A DNA stretch of 41,699 nt from Candidatus Bathyarchaeia archaeon (GTDB taxonomy: Archaea; Thermoproteota; Bathyarchaeia; Bathyarchaeales; Bathycorpusculaceae), in assembly GCA_038882655.1 (NCBI GenBank), contig JAVZNT010000007.1:1-41699 (forward strand), in the 5' to 3' direction. The translations under genes were made by a program, and so were the position numbers. Below the pieces are notes generated by a model. The model was not told the origin of the DNA. It was given only the letters and a program-made list of their open reading frames with translations, and ran no database searches. Shown here piece by piece: positions 36,231 through 41,699 of the stretch (position 1 is the first letter of the stretch; every line of letters starts with the position of its first letter).

Positions 36231-37844
36231 CTAGCCCATTTGCATCTTCTTTAAAAAGTTGGACAGAAATTTAACCCATTTCTTGCCCATATTAAAAGAT
36301 TTAAAAGTGACGTTTTTTCCTGCGCAAGCTTTTTTGCATGCCTTCAAAACCTCTCCGCCCCAATCCTCCGCGTTGTGAAGCAACAGCACCGCCCTGTAAT
36401 TGTTTCTGCTTATATAGCATGCCACTTGTGAAGCCACATATTCCGCAGTCTCCTTATCCAGAGGCATGGCTGTTTCATGTTGAGAAAGGGGATAGACCTC
36501 GTCAAGCTCTAATGGGATTACTCCAAAAGGCGCTTCATAGAAACAAACGTGAAGTTTACGCAAACATTCCCTTGGAAAATCGTTAAGGGCTTTCACTAGC
36601 CTTTTATATTCCTCAGATTTGTGGTAGGGCTTGGTTCTGGTCTGGGGCATCAGTATAAGGATTTCAGTCTCCTTTGGAGGAGCATATCTCTCAGACAATC
36701 TGATTCTGTAGTGTACGATTTCTGGACGGGCTAAACCAACAGAATCAAAGTAGAAAATTCCACTGCGCTTTACAGTTGGGCTATGTCTTTCAATGAACCC
36801 CTCATATTTTTTCAACTTTTTCAACATTTGCAACAGCGCGGGGTGCCCATGAGCCCTAAACTCCAAATGTTCCCAAAGCCTCCCCTCTTTTATTGCTTGT
36901 TTTATCCGCTTAATTTCAGCAGAGCAGACGTAAAGGTTGTGTTCCGCAATGAAAGCCAGCCTCTCTTTATTGGGGAGTTCTACCACATCTTTCGGATTTT
37001 TGTTTGAACACTTTGAGCATGCACACGGGAAAAATTCAAGCTCTTCAAGCCTCACAGTTCCAGTTTCAGTCATGTAGCGGTTTTCTCTGGCGTAGATGGC
37101 GTAGGCTGCGGAATCAAAAAAGTCGCATCCAAGAGCGACAGCCAAAGAAAACATGAATGGATGCCCAGCGCCAAAAAGGTGGAAGGGACGTTCGATTGGC
37201 AAGTTCATTTTAGCCGTCAAAATCATGTCGACTAAAACGTCGAAGCGGTAGTTTTCCATAACCTCGGTTGGGCTCCCCAAGGCGTGGATGTCAAATGGAA
37301 GCTTAGCCATTTCCGAAGCCGATTTTGCCACCAAATCCAGATAACGTCCGCCTTGAACAGGCCCAACCCACAGAATATCTCCTCTCTTTTTAACTTTGAA
37401 AAGTTCAGAGGCCCTTTTCAGCGTCTCATCCACTGTTTGCTCCGCATGTCTCCTTGAAACTCTCCAACCTGTCGGCCAATCCAGTATTGTGGCTATGTCC
37501 ACATCTATCCGCTCTTGGTAATCAACAATTTCTTCTGGGGTGATTTCTACATCTCCATAAACTAGGATTTGGTAGGCGCCTGAATCTGTCATTATTATGC
37601 CATTAAAATCCAGAAAGTTGTGTAAGCCTTTTTCGGCTGGTTGGTTTTGGAATCGCCTTTTCAGGATGTAGGCGTTGGTTATTAGGGCTTTGAAGCCGAA
37701 ATCTTCGCGAATTCTTCTCGGCATTATTGGTTGTATAGCTGGGTTTATAACTGGGAAAAGTAGTGGAGTCTCTACGGTGCCGCTTTTTGTTCGCAGCTTC
37801 CCAATTCTTCCAAGTAAGTCTCTATCTTTTACCTCGAAGCTCAT
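36231..37844 (-). CDS. tgtA: tRNA-guanine(15) transglycosylase (archaeosine TGT), no PUA domain evident
   Basis: ETP...PVINP, ITNAY, MTDSGAYQ, PVQGG, HLFGAGHP, FDSAAY, CxCxxC...HN and PLELDEVYPLSQ motifs. Confidence 0.93.
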   Translation of the reverse strand: MSFEVKDRDLLGRIGKLRTKSGTVETPLLFPVINPAIQPIMPRRIREDFGFKALITNAYILKRRFQNQPAEKGLHNFLDFNGIIMTDSGAYQILVYGDVEITPEEIVDYQERIDVDIATILDWPTGWRVSRRHAEQTVDETLKRASELFKVKKRGDILWVGPVQGGRYLDLVAKSASEMAKLPFDIHALGSPTEVMENYRFDVLVDMILTAKMNLPIERPFHLFGAGHPFMFSLAVALGCDFFDSAAYAIYARENRYMTETGTVRLEELEFFPCACSKCSNKNPKDVVELPNKERLAFIAEHNLYVCSAEIKRIKQAIKEGRLWEHLEFRAHGHPALLQMLKKLKKYEGFIERHSPTVKRSGIFYFDSVGLARPEIVHYRIRLSERYAPPKETEILILMPQTRTKPYHKSEEYKRLVKALNDFPRECLRKLHVCFYEAPFGVIPLELDEVYPLSQHETAMPLDKETAEYVASQVACYISRNNYRAVLLLHNAEDWGGEVLKACKKACAGKNVTFKSFNMGKKWVKFLSNFLKKMQMG

Positions 37845-37942
37845 TATGGAATCTAAACAAAATCAGTTGAACATGCTTATAAAATGTAGAGCTGCAAGTT
37901 TATATTGCAACAACCATTTCTAATACTGTGACAGAGAGGAAT

Positions 37943-38698
37943 ATGCTGATGGTTTTAACTGTTCAATTTGAGGAGAAGCCAAAACTCGAAAATCCAGTTC
38001 TAATCGAGGGGTTGCCAGGCATAGGCTTCGTAGCCAACATAGTGGCGTTACACCTAATCCACGAGCTGGAAGCAAAACGCTTCGCAAGAATCTTTTCAGC
38101 GTCCTTCCAAGACTTAGCGGTGACAACAGAAACTGGAGGCACTCGCTCCCCAATAAACGAACTATACTATTACAAAAGCAAGGGAAAAGGCCGAGACCTC
38201 ATTATATGGTATGGCAACACCCAAGCCCTCACAACCTTTGGACAGTATGAGCTTTGTGGGAAAGTTCTCGACATTGCTGATGAGCTTGGATGCCGCCTTC
38301 TCATAACCATTGGAGGATTTAAACAAGAAGAGGTTAAAGAAACACCAGAAATCTACTGTGCAGCTTCTGACCCGGAAACCCTAAAAGAAGCCTTAAACTT
38401 GGGTGCAAAAATAATGGTTGGAAATATCTTCGGAGTGGCTGGCATACTTATAGGACTTGGAAGCCTTAGGGGCTTCAGGGGCTTCTCGCTTCTGGTGGAA
38501 ACTTTAGGCACTTACCCGGACGCTAATGCCGCTCGCTATGCACTTTCTGCCCTAAGCAAGTATTTGAACCTAAAAGTTGACTTGTCAAGGCTTAATTCTG
38601 CGGCTGAAAAAACCACAAAAATTTTAGAGTCTTTCGGTTGGGTTAGAACCGCCAAAGAAGAAAAGAAAAAGGAAGAGCAATTCCGCTGGTTTGTCTAG
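37943..38698 (+). CDS. PAC2 family proteasome assembly chaperone
   Basis: LIEGLPGIGFVA, TIGG, G.IFG.AG and ET.G.YPD motifs. Confidence 0.88.
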   Translation: MLMVLTVQFEEKPKLENPVLIEGLPGIGFVANIVALHLIHELEAKRFARIFSASFQDLAVTTETGGTRSPINELYYYKSKGKGRDLIIWYGNTQALTTFGQYELCGKVLDIADELGCRLLITIGGFKQEEVKETPEIYCAASDPETLKEALNLGAKIMVGNIFGVAGILIGLGSLRGFRGFSLLVETLGTYPDANAARYALSALSKYLNLKVDLSRLNSAAEKTTKILESFGWVRTAKEEKKKEEQFRWFV

Positions 38699-39117
38699 CC
38701 CCTAGTCTCGCTGATAAACTGTTCATAGACTTTTTGCACTCTTTCAGCAGCCGGACCCGAGCCCTCAACAACACCTTTCTCTGTAACTTTAACTTTGTCC
38801 ATAACCCAAATGAAACCTTTATCCTCATAAAGCTTAACCATTGTTGGAAAAACCCTTTCAAGGCGTTCAGCCAAAGCTTTCAAGTCAAAGGGCTTTTCAA
38901 CGCTTAAGATTTGGGCAACAACATTACCGTTCAAGAAAACCCTATGGAGCTTTTTTCCCTCTTCGTCCTTTGCATCTGCTAGGCATAGGCTTAAATTGTC
39001 CGGATTAATTCCTATCAATGTTCCATTATATGTTTTGCCAGTCGTAGTTGTAACAATCACAGTTTTGTCTACGAGAGCCGAAACCTCTGTGAAGAACCTT
39101 CTCTGAGCCACTGACAA
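38695..39117 (-). CDS. Sm-like archaeal protein with C-terminal extension (SmAP3/Lsm_C type)
   Basis: Sm1 motif (V.V.T..GK.Y.G.L.G....L.L.L.DA), Sm2 LNGN, then the FDLKALAERLE...GV.EGSGP.AER domain. Confidence 0.85.
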   Translation of the reverse strand: MSVAQRRFFTEVSALVDKTVIVTTTTGKTYNGTLIGINPDNLSLCLADAKDEEGKKLHRVFLNGNVVAQILSVEKPFDLKALAERLERVFPTMVKLYEDKGFIWVMDKVKVTEKGVVEGSGPAAERVQKVYEQFISETRG

Positions 39118-39224
39118 CGCTTATCCTCCTCTACGTACACGTTATAAGAACACATATTTTAGGGTTTAACTGCACAAGCATTATTAGGATTACCTAGCTA
39201 GAATAATGTTCTTGGCGAGTTAAA

Positions 39225-40280
39225 ATGGCACATACTGATAGGGAAAGGGAAGCCCTATATTCGAGGCTTAGCTCGATAGAATCCGACCTTTCCGGAGCTT
39301 CTGCCGCAATAAGCGATGTTGAAAATAAACTAGCCCAAATTGACAGTGCTATGGCTTCATTGCCAAGCAGACTTGTAACCGTTCGGGGGCGCGGCTATGC
39401 GGCGATGGGACACTTGGAGAAAAGCTTAGAAATCCTAACTAAAAAGTGGATGGAAGTCTCGCCAACCATTAAGCAAAACTTCTACAACAATGTTCAGCCG
39501 CTAACAGCTCAAATTCGAACACTTCAGTCCGATGCGCACAGGCTTAGGGATGAAATAGACCGTGGAAATGTAGGCTACTGCTGGTCTTTAGCTGGTCGCC
39601 TCTCAACAGAAGCTTCCATGTTAAGGGCTAGAGCATCTATGGAAACAGCGAAGATTAGCGCTTCACTTGGCGAGTTTTTAGGAAGCATAAACGCTATAGA
39701 CAGAGACCTAAAAATTGCAGAAAAAACAGTGGAGCTCTTCTCCTTCGCATCTTTCCCGCTAAAACCTGAAGAAAGCCCGGTTTTAGCCATCGAAGGAAAA
39801 ATCATGACGAAGGATAAATGCGAGGGGACCCTTTACTTCACAAACCAAAGGTTCATCTTTGAAGGAAAAAAAGAAGTTGTCCTCGAAAAGAAACTATTTA
39901 TAGCGACAAAGAAGAAGACGGAGCGCATGGTCATTATAGAACAGCCAATAGGGGCGCTTCAAGAAATTTCAAAGGGCAGAGTCGGGCTGATTGCTTGGAC
40001 AGGCGTTTACGTTCGCTTTAAACCAGAACGCGGGTTGGGAGAAACACCTTTTGACGTTAAGGGTTGGGAGGCAGACGTGATAACAAGGTTCTTCCAATAT
40101 ATCGTAGGTGGCGAGGCTGATAGGGACATAGCGGCAATAAAGGGTATAACTCCAAAAGAAGTGCCAACAATAAGAGTTATCCGATGTCCTCACTGTGGGG
40201 CGCCTTACACAAAAGAAATCTATAAGGGGCAAACATCGGTGCAATGTGAATACTGCGGAACCGCAATAATGGTAAGTTAA
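39225..40280 (+). CDS. Hypothetical protein: helical N-terminus, PH/GRAM-like domain, C-terminal Zn ribbon
   Basis: Heptad-like first ~165 aa; EGTLYFTNQRFIFE; CPHC...CEYC. Confidence 0.7.
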   Translation: MAHTDREREALYSRLSSIESDLSGASAAISDVENKLAQIDSAMASLPSRLVTVRGRGYAAMGHLEKSLEILTKKWMEVSPTIKQNFYNNVQPLTAQIRTLQSDAHRLRDEIDRGNVGYCWSLAGRLSTEASMLRARASMETAKISASLGEFLGSINAIDRDLKIAEKTVELFSFASFPLKPEESPVLAIEGKIMTKDKCEGTLYFTNQRFIFEGKKEVVLEKKLFIATKKKTERMVIIEQPIGALQEISKGRVGLIAWTGVYVRFKPERGLGETPFDVKGWEADVITRFFQYIVGGEADRDIAAIKGITPKEVPTIRVIRCPHCGAPYTKEIYKGQTSVQCEYCGTAIMVS

Positions 40281-40289
40281 AAGCCTAAA

Positions 40290-41567
40290 TCAGCTCATTT
40301 CCCTCTCTTCTAGGCTTTGCTTCAAGAATATGGCGGTGTTTGGCGGTAAGTCACGGTGAACTGTGACGTTCGGTCCAATCCAACAGTTGTTTCCAACTTT
40401 CACGCCTGGCATTAGGAGCGCGTTTATCCCGGTTTTAACGTTGTCCCCTAAAACTGCGCCCAACTTTGTTCTTCCAGTGTCCACAAGCCTATCCTTAACC
40501 ATCATTTTTATTGTTCTAGCGTCAAAGCGGTAGTTGGCCGTAATCGTTCCAGCGCCCAAGTTACAGTTTTCGCCGATTATGCTGTCGCCAATGTAAGACA
40601 AGTGTCCGATATGCACTCCATCCATGATTATGCTGTTCTTTATTTCACAAGCGTTTCCTATTCGCACTTTTTTGCCGACGCTTGTGCATGGGCGTATGTA
40701 GCAGTTAGGTCCAACATCGCTGTTCTCGCCTATGTAGACTGGTCCCTCAATGTAGGCTCCTGAACGTATGCGGGCGGTTTCAGCAATTGTCACTGGTCCA
40801 ATTATGTGGGCACCCTCTTCAACGTTTCCAAACATGCCATGTTTCATACGTGTAAGCGCCCAGCGGTTAGCCTCCAGCAAATCCCAAGGTCTACCAATGT
40901 CAAACCACTCATCCCTCGGGATTTCAACGGCAAGGACAGGCTTCTCCTCTCTTATTAGGAGCTCAATGGCATCTGTGATTTCCCATTCACCTCTTGAAGA
41001 AGCTGATATTCTCTTCACTTTCTCAAAGATTTCAGAAGTGAAAACGTATAGCCCAGCATTAGCCAAGTTTGTAGGCGCCTCCTCTCGACAAGGCTTTTCA
41101 ATTATGCGTTTCACCCATCCATCATCTTTAAGCTCGATTATGCCGTAATCCTCTGGACGCCCAACAGGCACCACAGACAGTGTTGCCGAAGGCTTCCTTT
41201 GGTTGTGCATCTCCAGAACTTTTTTGAGAGCCTCCGCTGTGAAAAGTAAATCACCATAGACGAGCAGAAAATCTCCATCAACATACGATTCGGTAACACT
41301 TGCAGCATTTCCAGTTCCGAGAACGCCCTTTTGATAGGCATATTCAATTTTTAGCCCAAGTTTTTCTCCAGAGCCAAAATATTTGCGGATGGCTTCCGCC
41401 ATATAGTGCACAACTATTACTATTTCGCTTATTCCACAAGCCTTAACAGCGTTTAAACAATGTTCAAGGACAGGTTTCCCACCCACACTGATTAGGTGTT
41501 TTGGACGGGTTAAAGTGATGGGTTGAAGCCTTAAGCCTTCGCCAGCTGCAAGGACAACGGTCTTCAC
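40290..41567 (-). CDS. glmU: Bifunctional sugar-1-phosphate nucleotidylyltransferase/acetyltransferase (archaeal GlmU)
   Basis: LAAGEG.RL.P.T..RPK, EKP, hexapeptide repeats and HLSYIGDS. Confidence 0.92.
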   Translation of the reverse strand: MKTVVLAAGEGLRLQPITLTRPKHLISVGGKPVLEHCLNAVKACGISEIVIVVHYMAEAIRKYFGSGEKLGLKIEYAYQKGVLGTGNAASVTESYVDGDFLLVYGDLLFTAEALKKVLEMHNQRKPSATLSVVPVGRPEDYGIIELKDDGWVKRIIEKPCREEAPTNLANAGLYVFTSEIFEKVKRISASSRGEWEITDAIELLIREEKPVLAVEIPRDEWFDIGRPWDLLEANRWALTRMKHGMFGNVEEGAHIIGPVTIAETARIRSGAYIEGPVYIGENSDVGPNCYIRPCTSVGKKVRIGNACEIKNSIIMDGVHIGHLSYIGDSIIGENCNLGAGTITANYRFDARTIKMMVKDRLVDTGRTKLGAVLGDNVKTGINALLMPGVKVGNNCWIGPNVTVHRDLPPNTAIFLKQSLEEREMS

Positions 41568-41699
41568 TTTTCCAATTCCTCCACGACCCTTTTAACAGTG
41601 GCTAAAGCCCTATTCATTATTGCTTTGGCAGTCTTTAAAGATTCACCCTCCACCGTCAACCGTATAAGGGGTTCTGTGCCAGAAGCCCTAATCAAAATC
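41564..41699 (-). CDS. glmM: Phosphoglucosamine mutase/PMM C-terminus (5'-partial)
   Basis: Minus strand translates ILIRASGTEPLIRLTVEG...EELEK*; the TGA overlaps the glmU GTG (GTGA). Not in the supplied ORF track. Confidence 0.85.
   Translation of the reverse strand, partial: ILIRASGTEPLIRLTVEGESLKTAKAIMNRALATVKRVVEELEK

Noticed and set aside
39194-39201. CTAGCTAG palindrome (also TTAGCTAA near 27000) as a shared operator
   Set aside because: Only 8 bp, and AGCT-containing words are frequent throughout the window.
710-41347. Many short antisense or overlapping ORFs in the track (e.g. 710..1126, 7327..7779, 23126..23560, 29844..30398, 40768..41148)
   Set aside because: They are shadows of well-supported genes, with no motifs or independent signals.
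1-41699. CRISPR array, rRNA, transposase or prophage
   Set aside because: No spaced repeats, rRNA-like tracts or mobile-element proteins were seen.

Overview
Gene-dense archaeal chromosomal segment, most likely Bathyarchaeia (TACK). This assignment is inferred from the fwdDBAC-mch C1 operon, a CdvA-like protein, an SmAP3-type Lsm, archaeosine TGT, an intron-bearing tRNA-Lys and frequent TTG/GTG starts. The left part is an H4MPT/methanofuran C1 cluster: two convergent COG1665-like Pol-beta nucleotidyltransferases, an ECF S-component, a CitG-like gene, fwdDBAC, mch, a RimK/MptN-like ligase and fdhD. It is followed by a TPP-riboswitch-led thiT/KaiC-like/AIR-synthase-like operon, valS, two tRNAs, a GT2, an ABC-2 exporter, a putative B12 uptake pair, htpX, a core methionine synthase, a candidate structured ncRNA, RNA/protein turnover genes, glmU and a partial glmM. 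No CRISPR array, transposase or integrase was seen. Top leads: (1) CitG plus nucleotidyltransferases as a candidate methanopterin tail-building or salvage module; (2) an archaeal TPP riboswitch that overlaps the ribosome-binding site and heads an operon with a degenerate KaiC-like protein; (3) an unannotated promoter-bearing structured RNA at about 33.6-33.7 kb. All family calls come from motif recognition by eye; no database searches were run.
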